A program made the translations under genes and the position numbers. A DNA stretch of 64,000 nt. Origin: Deltaproteobacteria bacterium (GTDB taxonomy: Bacteria > Desulfobacterota > Syntrophia > Syntrophales > Smithellaceae). Within the stretch, counting starts at the first letter, position 1. Each line of letters begins with the position of its first letter. Shown one piece after another: positions 44,243 to 54,221 of this stretch. The stretch covers positions 55,028 through 119,027 of the forward strand of contig JAAYDW010000037.1 of NCBI GenBank assembly GCA_012729055.1. Direction: 5' to 3'. A model generated the notes under the pieces. That model made no database searches. It was not told the origin of the DNA and was given only the letters and a program-made list of their open reading frames with translations.

Positions 44243-46150
44243 ATGCCAGAACGAATGACAGCGATCAAACCGGATAAAAGGCGTCTTTCAAAAAACGGCT
44301 ACTACCGGCGGCTGAACCTTATGATGGTTTACGCCTGCATGCCCGGCCTGCTGTTCTATGCCGGTTTTTACTTCTATCTCCGACATTATTTTCATGCGTT
44401 TCTGTTTATCTTCATGTTCATCAATGCGTTTGCCGCCGTGCTGGTCGGCGTTCGGTTGCCGTCTTTTCATCTGGCCCTGCGTCATCACCGCATCACCGCG
44501 GGCATCGGTTTCGGACTTTTCGCCGTTAATCTGCTTACCGGTCTCTGGGATCCGAGCATCTACTATATTGTTTTTCCCTGGATCGTTTTGTTTCCGCTGG
44601 CCGCCGTGATCATCCTCGGCCGGTACCTCGGATTGGTTACGGCGGCCGCGTTCAGCAGCATCGCGCTCATTTTTTTTCTTCTCAATGACCTGCCGCCCTT
44701 CGACGCATACAACACCAAGCTGTTCAAATTCAACGCCATTGCCGTGCTGGTCTTCGTGTTGACCATCGCCGCCGCGTACGAAAAGATTCGCATGAAAATT
44801 CACAGTGAACTGGTTTTTTCGGAAAACCAGTACCTGCAGGCCGTCGAACGACAACTTCAAACCAACCGGGAACTCGAGCAGGAAATAGAACGGCGCAGTT
44901 ATTCCGAAAAAGCGCTCGCGGAAAGCGAACTGCACTACCGCGCCCTTTTCGCGGAGTCCGTCGTGCCGCTGTGGGAAGAAGACTGGTCACAGGTTAAAAC
45001 GCTCCTGGACAACCTGCCTGCCTCGGAGCGCGAAAATCTGGCCTGCTGTCTGGAGGAAAATCCCGAACTCATCGAACAATGCGCCTCCTTCATTCAGATT
45101 ACAGCCGTGAACCAGGCTACCCTCAAAATTTGCGAGGCGGATACGCAATCCGTTTTTATGGAAAACTGGGAGCGACTCATTGCCCCGGATCGCTCCGGTT
45201 TTCTCGCCCGGCGAATCGCGTCCGTCTGCCGCACCGGTCGCTACACTGCCCAAGTTGAGGCGGCAACGCTAAACGGAAATCGCATTACGCTGCTCGTGAG
45301 CAGCATGGTCCCGGCAGGATACGAAGCGTCATGGCAGAGGATTTTCAGTTCCGTTTACGACATCACCGAACGGATTGCCATGGAACGGGAAAAAAAGATC
45401 ATGGAAATGAAAATGGAGAATATGAGACAAATTCAGGCCACTGCGAAGCTGGCAGGCGGCATCGCCCACCAGTTCAACAACGCTCTGGCGGTGATTAACG
45501 GCAGCCTGGAGATGCTGTCGATGAACGGGGACGACCATCCGGAATCGCGCAAATTTCTGGCGTCCCTGAAAACGTCGGCGGATCGGATGAGCCGGCTCAC
45601 CGATCAGCTGCTCGCTTACGCCGAAGGGGGGAAATATCAGCCCCGCCATTTTTCCGTCAACGATGTGGTGAACGATGTCGTCCACGCCCAGTCCCTGCTG
45701 ATGGACTCCGATACCGATATCATTCAGGAGCTGGATGACGACGCCGGCATCTCGACAGGCGACATCATACAGATCAAAATGGCCGTCGAGGCGGTCGTTG
45801 CCAACGCGCTGGAGGCCTTGCCGCAGGGAGGCTTGGTGAAAATCTCCACCGGCCGGATGGTGATCGGCCCCGCCTCAGTTCCGGCCGGCCAGACCGTCCG
45901 GCCGGGCGCATACGTGTTTATCCGGGTGAAAGACAGCGGCGTCGGCATGGACCGGGAAACGGTGCAGCGGATTTTTGAACCCTTCTTTACAACAAAGGTG
46001 TATGGCCGCGGCCTCGGCATGGCCGCCGCCTTCGGCATTCTCAAAAATCATGACGGCTGGATTACGGTCGATTCCGGACCGGGAAGGGGAACCAGCGTCG
46101 ATCTCTTTTTCCCCGCCGCCGACCCACCGCGGTCCGTCAAGATCCGGTAA
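44243..46150 (+). CDS. Membrane-bound PAS sensor histidine kinase (orphan)
   Basis: 635 aa. It has about six N-terminal TM helices, a PAS region, an H-box GIAHQFNNALAV, and HATPase motifs DSGVGM and GRGLGMAAAFG. Confidence 0.85.
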   Translation: MPERMTAIKPDKRRLSKNGYYRRLNLMMVYACMPGLLFYAGFYFYLRHYFHAFLFIFMFINAFAAVLVGVRLPSFHLALRHHRITAGIGFGLFAVNLLTGLWDPSIYYIVFPWIVLFPLAAVIILGRYLGLVTAAAFSSIALIFFLLNDLPPFDAYNTKLFKFNAIAVLVFVLTIAAAYEKIRMKIHSELVFSENQYLQAVERQLQTNRELEQEIERRSYSEKALAESELHYRALFAESVVPLWEEDWSQVKTLLDNLPASERENLACCLEENPELIEQCASFIQITAVNQATLKICEADTQSVFMENWERLIAPDRSGFLARRIASVCRTGRYTAQVEAATLNGNRITLLVSSMVPAGYEASWQRIFSSVYDITERIAMEREKKIMEMKMENMRQIQATAKLAGGIAHQFNNALAVINGSLEMLSMNGDDHPESRKFLASLKTSADRMSRLTDQLLAYAEGGKYQPRHFSVNDVVNDVVHAQSLLMDSDTDIIQELDDDAGISTGDIIQIKMAVEAVVANALEALPQGGLVKISTGRMVIGPASVPAGQTVRPGAYVFIRVKDSGVGMDRETVQRIFEPFFTTKVYGRGLGMAAAFGILKNHDGWITVDSGPGRGTSVDLFFPAADPPRSVKIR

Positions 46151-46184
46151 AAAGGGCGGCGTTTTTACGAACGCCGCCCTTTCT
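46150..46184. terminator. Bidirectional terminator between convergent genes
   Basis: A perfect 10-bp stem, GGGCGGCGTT/AACGCCGCCC, with a 6-nt loop, flanked by AAAA and TTTCTTT. Confidence 0.8.
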
Positions 46185-46207
46185 TTACAACCGAACAGTC
46201 GCCTGTA

Positions 46208-47569
46208 TTATTTCCTCAGCTCCGCCGGTGTTCGATAGCGCTTGGGATCCACCCATTTGACCACCAGGGGCTCGTTTTCCTCGCAGGACTCATGCAGATA
46301 GGCAATTTTCCCGTCTTGCTGGAACTGGACGATCAGCTGCAGGAAGTAACCCGGATATGTTTTGTAGGGATTGGCCGCATCCACTCTCATGCGGGAATGA
46401 TAGAAGGGTTTGATTTTCCGCGTTTCATACTTCATCTTGCCCAGCGAGTAGACGGTTTCCACATCTTCCATCGCCTTGATCAATTTCCTGATATCGGCCG
46501 TGCCGCCCGCTTTTTCAATGGCCGCCTTGAAATGGAAAATATCCGCGTAAGCGATGTGCACGTGAATCTGCATGGGGATTTTACGGGACTGCGCCTTCTT
46601 CACCAGAGGAATGGTTCGGGGCGTGAGCGGTATTTCATCCAGATCCGTGAAGGAGCTGATGACACCCAGTCCCTTGCCGCCCGTCATCCGCCAGAAATCC
46701 CGTGTCTGCGCCACGCCGCCGTAAAGGTTGACCTGAATGTCGCGCGCCGCCGAATCCGCCCACTGCTTCGCGAAAGATTCGGTATCGGTGAACCAGGAGC
46801 TGATGAAGAAAATCAGATCGGCGTTGGATTTCTTGATGTCCTGGAGAATCGGCAGGTACATCGTGCCGCGGGGCTTCACCGCCTTGCTGTAAACTACCTG
46901 CAGACCGCATTCCTCGGCCATTTTTTCCCAGGTGGGCAGATTGATGTAGCTGATGCCTCTGCGCCATTCCGTCGTCCAGGCGAGGTCTTCCCAGAGGAAC
47001 GCGATCCGTTTCGTCTTCTGATACTGGGGCATGGTCTTGCAGAAGAAATACTTGGTCTGCGCGTAATGCGCCGGCTCCGGATCCCAGTCGCGGAAGCAGT
47101 GATCGTACTTCGGCGCCTGGTCGATGATGCGCGCCGTCAGTTCCGATCCCATCGGTCCGTTGAAAATCAGAATATGGGGATATTCCTTGGCCAACATGCC
47201 GGATGCCTCCTGAACCGCCAGGCAGATTTCCGACCTGCCTTCAACGGACACAAACTTGGCCTTGTCTTCAATGACCAGCTTCCGCAGGGCTTCCACGGAA
47301 AGCGATGTATCCCCCTTGTTGTCCATGACCACGTACTTGACCGGTCGCCCCATAATGCCGCCCATGGCGTTGATTTCCTCCACCGCCATTTTCTGGATGT
47401 CCATACATGGCCTGGTGCCGGGTGAAGCGACCATGCCGATGTAGCCGATTACGAACGGCTCTCCTTTCGGCTGGGCCGACGAGACGGACGGAACGCTGAC
47501 TGCAACCGCAACCAGCAGTATCAGCGCCGCCACAGCAACCATCTTAACCCTGTTTGCCTGTTTCATCAT
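46208..47569 (-). CDS. ABC transporter substrate-binding protein (Liv/branched-chain-amino-acid-type periplasmic binding fold)
   Basis: 453 aa. It has a signal peptide (MMKQANRVKMVAVAALILLVAVAVSVPSVSSA). The mature N-terminus, PFVIGYIGMVASPG, and the overall pattern resemble type-I periplasmic binding proteins. Confidence 0.85.
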   Translation of the reverse strand: MMKQANRVKMVAVAALILLVAVAVSVPSVSSAQPKGEPFVIGYIGMVASPGTRPCMDIQKMAVEEINAMGGIMGRPVKYVVMDNKGDTSLSVEALRKLVIEDKAKFVSVEGRSEICLAVQEASGMLAKEYPHILIFNGPMGSELTARIIDQAPKYDHCFRDWDPEPAHYAQTKYFFCKTMPQYQKTKRIAFLWEDLAWTTEWRRGISYINLPTWEKMAEECGLQVVYSKAVKPRGTMYLPILQDIKKSNADLIFFISSWFTDTESFAKQWADSAARDIQVNLYGGVAQTRDFWRMTGGKGLGVISSFTDLDEIPLTPRTIPLVKKAQSRKIPMQIHVHIAYADIFHFKAAIEKAGGTADIRKLIKAMEDVETVYSLGKMKYETRKIKPFYHSRMRVDAANPYKTYPGYFLQLIVQFQQDGKIAYLHESCEENEPLVVKWVDPKRYRTPAELRK

Positions 47570-47639
47570 GCTACCCCCTCCTCTTAAAAAAAGCTTATGG
47601 TAATGATCCGATCAAACATCTGCCGACAATTTGATCCCG

Positions 47640-48962
47640 CTAATCGCGTAAATATTTTTCCCGGACATAATCGTTGTCCCGGCCGATCTCCGAGGAGACC
47701 CATTTCACCCGGGGCGGCGATTCGGACATTTTCACGAAATTGGCGCTGATGATGAATTTGCCGAGCTTTTCATCCTCCACTTCCTGGAACGCCTTGCGCA
47801 CCTCCCACTGCTTGTTGGACATCGCCTCTTCCGGCGTCATCAGCTTCATGACGATGGGCACGCCGCCGCCCCGCCACTTGGAGCGCGCGGATTTTCTGCT
47901 GTAATTGAGCGCCATTTTCACCAGTTCGTCCGCCGTGTACAGGACGGTCTTTTCTTCGATAATCTTGTGCAGATGAAGCGCCTGTTCCAGAATATCGGGA
48001 ATGCGGTCGGACGAATAGCGCCAGTCGTCTTCCTGTTCCCACAGACCCAGGATTTTCAAGAGCGCCCGGAAATCATGATCGCGCGGCGCGGCGATCGCCA
48101 CGAAACCGTCCTTGCACTTCCAGTGGCCGTAGGGATAAAGAATGAAATCCAGCACGCCGATGCGCGGACGCGCTTTTTCCCAGGTAAAGCCGATGGTCGC
48201 CGGCATGCCGACCATGGAAGAGTAGGCGTCCATTCCCGCAACGTCCACCATCTGGCCCTCGCCGGTGTTTTGCCGGTGAATCAGCGCAACGGTGGCGCCG
48301 AAGGCCGCGGACAGGCCCGAAATGTACCAGCCCGCCCACATGCCGCCCCGCAGCGGCCAGTTCAAAGGCTCGGGGTCTTCGGGCGGCGCCCCCATCTGGG
48401 CGGGAAGCCCCGATCCGGCCTGCGACGTGATGTCCGTGTCCGGCATCCGGGCCGAGTCTTTGGCTTTGTCCGTATACTGCCCGTAGGCGGAAAGAGCCAC
48501 GTAAACCAGCCCCGGATTCGCGGCGGAAAGCTGCCGGTAACCGATGCCCCAGGCGTCCATCTCGCCGGGCAGAAAACTTTCGATCACCACGGCCGCTTTT
48601 GCCGCCAGCCTGGCGAATGTTTTTCTGTCTTCCTCGCTGTTTTTCACGTCGAGCGTCAGGTAGCGCTTGTTGCGGCCCTCGAACATGAACGGAACGCCCA
48701 CGCCCTGAACCATCACGCCGAAAGGTGTGATCTGGCGCGCCGGATCGCCATCGGCCGGTTCGATCTTGATCACCTCCGCGCCGAATTCAGCCAGCAGGCT
48801 CGCACAGATGATGCCGGCAAAATTGGCCGAACTGACATCCAGCACCAGAACGTCGTCCAGCACTTCCGGCTTGCCTTCCGCGTTCATGATCTCGGCCAGC
48901 ATTTTCCCCCGGTCGCCGGCTTTTCCACCGTGTCTTGTATAAATGGCTTCCTTGGCGCTCAT
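47640..48962 (-). CDS. Family III CoA-transferase, subunit 2 of a probable heteromer
   Basis: 440 aa. The N-terminal sequence LDDVLVLDVSSANFAGIICASLLAEFGAEVIKIEPADGDP carries the family III CoA-transferase signature. Its ATG overlaps the upstream gene's TGA (ATGA at 48959-48962). Confidence 0.9.
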   Translation of the reverse strand: MSAKEAIYTRHGGKAGDRGKMLAEIMNAEGKPEVLDDVLVLDVSSANFAGIICASLLAEFGAEVIKIEPADGDPARQITPFGVMVQGVGVPFMFEGRNKRYLTLDVKNSEEDRKTFARLAAKAAVVIESFLPGEMDAWGIGYRQLSAANPGLVYVALSAYGQYTDKAKDSARMPDTDITSQAGSGLPAQMGAPPEDPEPLNWPLRGGMWAGWYISGLSAAFGATVALIHRQNTGEGQMVDVAGMDAYSSMVGMPATIGFTWEKARPRIGVLDFILYPYGHWKCKDGFVAIAAPRDHDFRALLKILGLWEQEDDWRYSSDRIPDILEQALHLHKIIEEKTVLYTADELVKMALNYSRKSARSKWRGGGVPIVMKLMTPEEAMSNKQWEVRKAFQEVEDEKLGKFIISANFVKMSESPPRVKWVSSEIGRDNDYVREKYLRD

Positions 48963-50314
48963 TTCTTAACCTCTTTTCCGTAATTGTAAATGGGATCCTC
49001 GTTCAGGTTGTAATAGACAGGCGGCTTCAGTCCCGGTCGGTCGTCAAATGTGCCGATGACTTTTTTCCTTTCCAGCTCCTGAATGTCCGCTTCGCACAGA
49101 TCGAGAAATTTCTTGAGCACGAGCCGGTTATGGTACCCCAGCGGTCGGGCCAGCCACTTGGTGCGCGACGGCGTTTTGCTCAGCTGCGCGGACGGGCCGG
49201 CTATCAGGAGCTTGCCGTAAACCGTGTCATTGAAGAGCACGACGCTGCCCCGTTTGCGCCGCCATTCCTCATTGGCGATCATGTAGTCGTCCGCCACTTC
49301 CGCGGCGGGGAAACCTTTCGCGTCGGCCAGTTTGAGGATATCGGCGCAGGATTTCGATTGAATCCAGTCCGTCGCGATCTTCGTCAGGGCTTTGGCGTTC
49401 TCCGGCTTCAGCCGCTCCGGCGTTTCGGCAAAGCGCGGATCGGACGCCAGCTCGGGCATGCCGATCGCATCCGCAAAATGACCGAACTGCTGTGCCGTCG
49501 CGCAGGCGAGCGCGAGGAATTTTTCATCGGCCGTTTTGAAAATCGACGCCGGCATCATCGTGGGATCGGTGTTGCCGGTGCGGCCGATCGCCTCCTTGGT
49601 GACGGAAAAATAGGTGTAGTGATACAGCATGCGCATCAGGCCTTCGGTTTGCGCCATATCGATGTACTGACCCTTGCCGGTTTTTTTCCGGTGGTACAGC
49701 GCCATCAGAACGGCCAGCGACGCGAAATTGCCGGGCACGAAGTCGCCCACGTAATCCGGCAGCTTGTAATAAATGTCGGTGTCCGGATACCCGTTGAGCG
49801 TCAGCACGCCGCTGGCGCCCTGGGCCAGCAGGTCCCAACCCGGAAAGTAACGCATGGGGCCGAACTGGCCGTACGTCGAGCAGCTGAGAAAGATAATGTT
49901 GGGATTGATCTTGGAAATCTTTTCATAGCCGATATTCCAGGCGTCCGCCGTGCCGGGCGCAAAATTTTCAATCACCACGTCGGCCTTTTCCGCCATTTTA
50001 TAGATCAGCTCTTTGGACTCCTTCAGCTGCAGGTTCACCGAAAGGAAGTACTTGTTTTTCGTGATGTTGTGCCAGATGGGGTTGGAGTGCTTCCAATATT
50101 TGCCCCAGTAGGTCGCCGGACGCCAGAGATCGCCGTAGAAGGGCAGTTCCAGCTTGATCACCTCTGCGCCGTAATCGGCCAGGAGCCGCGCGGCAATCGG
50201 CCCGAAGATTACGTGGGAAAAGTCCAGCACCCGGAGGCCCTTGAGCGCTTCCGGCTTCGCGTTTGCCTCGTCGGGATTGAAAAGCTTCGCCGTATAAGCA
50301 AAATAATCTTCCAT
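48959..50314 (-). CDS. Family III CoA-transferase, subunit 1 of a probable heteromer
   Basis: 451 aa. It has LKGLRVLDFSHVIFGPIAARLLADYGAEVIKLELP and GWDLLAQGASG. Confidence 0.9.
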   Translation of the reverse strand: MEDYFAYTAKLFNPDEANAKPEALKGLRVLDFSHVIFGPIAARLLADYGAEVIKLELPFYGDLWRPATYWGKYWKHSNPIWHNITKNKYFLSVNLQLKESKELIYKMAEKADVVIENFAPGTADAWNIGYEKISKINPNIIFLSCSTYGQFGPMRYFPGWDLLAQGASGVLTLNGYPDTDIYYKLPDYVGDFVPGNFASLAVLMALYHRKKTGKGQYIDMAQTEGLMRMLYHYTYFSVTKEAIGRTGNTDPTMMPASIFKTADEKFLALACATAQQFGHFADAIGMPELASDPRFAETPERLKPENAKALTKIATDWIQSKSCADILKLADAKGFPAAEVADDYMIANEEWRRKRGSVVLFNDTVYGKLLIAGPSAQLSKTPSRTKWLARPLGYHNRLVLKKFLDLCEADIQELERKKVIGTFDDRPGLKPPVYYNLNEDPIYNYGKEVKK

Positions 50315-50316
50315 CG

Positions 50317-51021
50317 CTATCTCCCCAAATATGCCTTTTTCACCAGATTGTTCTTCATCAGTTCGGATGATTTTCCCTCGAGAACGATTCTTCCCTCCTG
50401 AATGATATAGCCGCGGTCGGCGAGCTGCAGGGCCCGCAGAGCGTTTTGTTCGGTAAGCAGAATCGTCAGACCCGTCTCCCGGAGCTTGCCCAGGGTTTCG
50501 TACACGTTGTCGACAATGAGCGGCGCCAAACCGATCGACGGTTCATCCACCATCAGCAGATACGGATTGGCCATGAGCCCCCGGCCGATTTTCAGCATCT
50601 GCTGTTCGCCGCCGGAAAGCAGCCGGGCCGACATGTTGGACCGTTCCTTCAGGATCGGAAAGAGGCTGTACACATACTCCAGGGTCTGTTTTCTTTTAGA
50701 CCAGGACGACCTCCGGTAAGCCCCCAGCAGCAGATTTTCCTTGACGGTCATGTAGGGAAAGCTCTTCATGCCCTCGGGAACCTGCACGATGCCCCGGCCC
50801 ACAATGCGGTGCGACGGCAGCCCCTGAATCGCTTCATCGCGGAAGATGATCCGTCCGCTGGTGCCGGTCATCATGCCCTGGATCACATTCAGAATCGTGC
50901 TTTTCCCCGTGCCGTTGGACCCCAGAATGGTCACGATCTCCGATTGACGGACGTTGAAACTGACGCCGTGCAGCGCCGGAATCACGCCGTAGGACGCGCT
51001 CAGATCACTGACTTCAAGCAT
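50317..51021 (-). CDS. ABC transporter ATP-binding protein (LivF-like)
   Basis: The start is at ATG 51021 (MLEVSDLSASYG). It has Walker A GSNGTGKST, signature LSGGEQQML and Walker B LLMVDEPS. It overlaps the upstream ATPase gene by 8 nt. Confidence 0.9.
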   Translation of the reverse strand: MLEVSDLSASYGVIPALHGVSFNVRQSEIVTILGSNGTGKSTILNVIQGMMTGTSGRIIFRDEAIQGLPSHRIVGRGIVQVPEGMKSFPYMTVKENLLLGAYRRSSWSKRKQTLEYVYSLFPILKERSNMSARLLSGGEQQMLKIGRGLMANPYLLMVDEPSIGLAPLIVDNVYETLGKLRETGLTILLTEQNALRALQLADRGYIIQEGRIVLEGKSSELMKNNLVKKAYLGR

Positions 51022-51760
51022 ATTCCCTCCAGCCTCTGCCCAGATACGCTTCGATGACTTCGTCGTTGTTGACCACTTCGTCCGGCGTGCCTTCCGCCAG
51101 TTTGGCGCCGTAGTTGATAGCCACAATCCGATCGGCCGCTTCCATCAGAACCGCCATGACATGCTCGATCCAGAAGACCGTGATGCCGAACTCCTCTTTG
51201 GCTCTGCGGATCATCTTGATGGCGTTTTTAGCCTCGCCGGGATTCAATCCCGCCATGACCTCGTCGATAAAAAGCAACTGTGGCGTCGTGGCCAGGGCCC
51301 TGGCGAGCTCCAGCATGCGCAGCTCGTAAAACGTCAAATCCCGCGCCAGAATATTGCGCTTGCTGAAAAGGCCGACAAACTCGAGATAATGCGTGGCGTC
51401 GTACATCGCGTCCTGAAAGCTCTGATTGATTCTCTTCTTCCCGGAGATGGAGCTTGCCAATACACTGGTGAGCGCGGTCAGTTCCGGAAACGGCCGGGGA
51501 ATCTGATAGGTGCGCGAAAGCCCCATGTGCGCCCGCTGATAGGGCTTCATCCGCGTGATGTCCACGCCGTTCATCTCAACTTTTCCCGAAGTGGCAAGAA
51601 GCGCGCCGGTGAGGCAGTTCACGACCGTGGATTTGCCCGCGCCGTTGGGGCCGATGAACCCCAGGGTCTCGCCCTTGTAAACCTCAAACGAGACGTCATT
51701 GACCGCGACGATGCCTCCAAAACGCTTGACCAGATTGCTTACTTTCAGCAGGGGTTCCAT
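51014..51760 (-). CDS. ABC transporter ATP-binding protein (LivG-like)
   Basis: 248 aa with Walker A GPNGAGKST and Walker B LLFIDEVMAG. Confidence 0.9.
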   Translation of the reverse strand: MEPLLKVSNLVKRFGGIVAVNDVSFEVYKGETLGFIGPNGAGKSTVVNCLTGALLATSGKVEMNGVDITRMKPYQRAHMGLSRTYQIPRPFPELTALTSVLASSISGKKRINQSFQDAMYDATHYLEFVGLFSKRNILARDLTFYELRMLELARALATTPQLLFIDEVMAGLNPGEAKNAIKMIRRAKEEFGITVFWIEHVMAVLMEAADRIVAINYGAKLAEGTPDEVVNNDEVIEAYLGRGWREYA

Positions 51761-51763
51761 GGC

Positions 51764-52804
51764 TTACCTCCGCACATGAATGGTTGGCAGATATTCGCGA
51801 TAACGGCGCTTCCGGTAGAGGCCGAACAAGCCTTCCGGGAGAATAAACAGCAGGATCAGCAGAATGATCGGAAAAACCAGCGGCTGAATCGGCCCCATGA
51901 AACGGATCATCAGCATTTCCAGGAACGCGACGAAATATCCGCCGACCACGCAGCCGAAAATCTGCGCCCGTCCGCCGATCATCAGCACCAGCAGAATCTT
52001 CAGCATGAACGTCAGCGGCAGATAGGTAATGCCGGCAAAGGAGCTGAAATAATGCGCGTAGAACCAGCCGATGACGCCCACCATGGTGGACGCGCCGACA
52101 AACGCAATGATTTTGATCTTGTTGATGTTCACGCCGATGGAATGGGCGACGTCTTCATCGTCGTTGATCGCGGCCATCAGCAGTCCGTAACGGGATTTCA
52201 GCACCTTGTTGATAATCCACAGATACGCAAACATGATGACGGTGGAAAAATAGCCGATGAAGAGAAAGTTGTTTTTGGCGTTGCCGGTGTCGAGCAGGGG
52301 AACGATGCCGAACAGCCCTGTATCTCCCTTGAAAATGTCGGTGTAGATGAAGGTGACTTCCAGGAAAACCAGCGGCAAAAGCAACGTGAGCAGAACATAA
52401 TACAGCCCGCGCGCCATGATGACGAGCGGACTGAACAGCAGCGCCGCGATCATCGACATCAGGATGGCGAAAGGCAGCGTCGTCAGAGGGCCCCATCCGT
52501 ACGCGATGCTGAGCAGGGCCGCCGTGTAGCCGCCCACGCCGATGTAGAACTGCGGCCCGAAATTCATCCGCCCCGTGCCGATGGTCATCAGCGCCAGAGG
52601 CATCGCTATGGCCGCGTAGATATTGGCCGAGATCATGGTATTGATCAGACCGGGGCTGAGGAAGTAGGAGACCGTCGGAAATAAAAACAGGACCACGGCC
52701 CAGATCAGCGTGTTGCGCCAGTAGCGGGGTTCCAGCACCCATTCCCATTTTTTGGTGCCGAACCGGATGACAATGCGGTCTCTCTTTAATTCCAGATCTA
52801 CCAT
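51764..52804 (-). CDS. ABC transporter permease (LivM-like)
   Basis: 346 aa and polytopic. It sits between the LivH-like and LivG-like genes and overlaps the upstream permease gene by 7 nt. Confidence 0.85.
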   Translation of the reverse strand: MVDLELKRDRIVIRFGTKKWEWVLEPRYWRNTLIWAVVLFLFPTVSYFLSPGLINTMISANIYAAIAMPLALMTIGTGRMNFGPQFYIGVGGYTAALLSIAYGWGPLTTLPFAILMSMIAALLFSPLVIMARGLYYVLLTLLLPLVFLEVTFIYTDIFKGDTGLFGIVPLLDTGNAKNNFLFIGYFSTVIMFAYLWIINKVLKSRYGLLMAAINDDEDVAHSIGVNINKIKIIAFVGASTMVGVIGWFYAHYFSSFAGITYLPLTFMLKILLVLMIGGRAQIFGCVVGGYFVAFLEMLMIRFMGPIQPLVFPIILLILLFILPEGLFGLYRKRRYREYLPTIHVRR

Positions 52805-53673
52805 AGCGATTCACTCCTTGCTAAACCCTGGGGTCGTATAACCAGTATGACCATGACAAGAATCAGCGCCGACAAATTCATGAAACGCGGCTCTCCAAGG
52901 ACGAAACTCACAAAGGCATGGGCAAAGCCGATCAGAAAGCTGGCGATGATCGTGCCTTTGATATTGCCCAGTCCGCCCAGAACCGCGACAAGAATCGCGG
53001 TGACCATGTACATCCACCCCATCCCCGGCTCGACGGACCAGACCGGCGCGACGATGAGCATCCCGATGATCACCGGCAAAAGAACAATCATCATCGTGAA
53101 CATGTAAAGGGTTTCAACGTTGATGCCGACAATTTTCGACGAGTAGATGTCCTGCGACAGGGCGCGAATGGCCATGCCGGTTTTGGTTTTGAGAAAAAAC
53201 AGGACGAAGACGGCGGTCATCGCCAGAGCGATGAAGGAGCCGATCATGAGCTGTTTGGGCACCACGGTCTCGCCGAATTGATAGATGCCTCCCGCGAGCG
53301 TGGTCTCCAGGTAAACGCCCGCCTGGATCGGATAAAAGTAATTCGCCGCCTGCTCGACAATCAGCGCCACCAGCAAGAGCGCCGTGAGCAAAACGTCCTC
53401 GGTGGCGAGGTATTTTTTGATCATGCCTTTATAGATGAGGATGGCCACGATAAACTGGATGAGGATCATGCCCAGGATGGAGGGAATGAGCGGCCATTCC
53501 AGCGTCATCATGAGCATCCAGGTACCGTAAACCGTCAGCGGGAAAATGTAGGCATACCCGAGATGAAAAATTCTCAGCACGCCGCAGATCAGGGAAAACC
53601 CCAAGGCAATGAGAAGGTAAATGGACCCCATCACAAAAGTAAACACGACCACATTCTGAATATACGTCCACAT
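52798..53673 (-). CDS. ABC transporter permease (LivH-like)
   Basis: 291 aa and polytopic. It is the first gene of the operon. Confidence 0.85.
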   Translation of the reverse strand: MWTYIQNVVVFTFVMGSIYLLIALGFSLICGVLRIFHLGYAYIFPLTVYGTWMLMMTLEWPLIPSILGMILIQFIVAILIYKGMIKKYLATEDVLLTALLLVALIVEQAANYFYPIQAGVYLETTLAGGIYQFGETVVPKQLMIGSFIALAMTAVFVLFFLKTKTGMAIRALSQDIYSSKIVGINVETLYMFTMMIVLLPVIIGMLIVAPVWSVEPGMGWMYMVTAILVAVLGGLGNIKGTIIASFLIGFAHAFVSFVLGEPRFMNLSALILVMVILVIRPQGLARSESLW

Positions 53674-53727
53674 GCTGATCCACCCTCATTGAAGAAAATT
53701 TATTTTCAAAACAACGATTATGCAATC

Positions 53728-53743
53728 TGCAAGGTTTCCGCCG
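53728..53743 (-). promoter_or_regulatory. Weak sigma-54-like promoter candidate for the ABC/CoA-transferase operon
   Basis: The minus strand reads CGGCGG-AAACC-TTGCAG. The GG-N10-GC spacing is correct and the -12 TTGCA is good, but the -24 element is poor. It lies about 55 nt upstream of ATG 53673. Confidence 0.25.
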
Positions 53744-53778
53744 GGAACGGGAAACCCCTTCTCGCGCTTTAATGAGCG

Positions 53779-53797
53779 CTGGATACCGGGTATCCAG
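53779..53797. promoter_or_regulatory. Perfect 19-bp palindrome, candidate operator
   Basis: CTGGATACC-G-GGTATCCAG lies about 105-125 nt upstream of the operon start codon. Confidence 0.35.
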
Positions 53798-54221
53798 CCT
53801 GCCTGGTCCGGGCACAAAAGAACAGGATGCCGGAAAACAGCCGGGCCGCCTGTCGTCGGGAAAAACGCAAAAACGAAGGGTCGTATTTATTGAAAAGTGG
53901 AATTTGTCTGCGATTCAGAAAAAAACTGTCGGTCAGTGCCAGGTCATTGTTGGAAATGGATAAAAGGATGTTTTCATCGGAGATCGGTTGAAGCGAAAAT
54001 GTTGCAGCGAACACCATGCCTCCAAAGCTTCCAGATGGTCAATCTGTTCCATCCGCAGGAAAACCGTGTGTAACAATATCCAGCATCCGGCTCCCGACGA
54101 TCGTGTGCTTTTGAGTTGCTTTGTGCTTCACCTGTAAATCCTCCATCGCGGTGAAACGATGCAAGGTTAGCATGTTTATTAGGTCAGGACGATTATTTTG
54201 TCAACGAAAAAAAATTATTAT

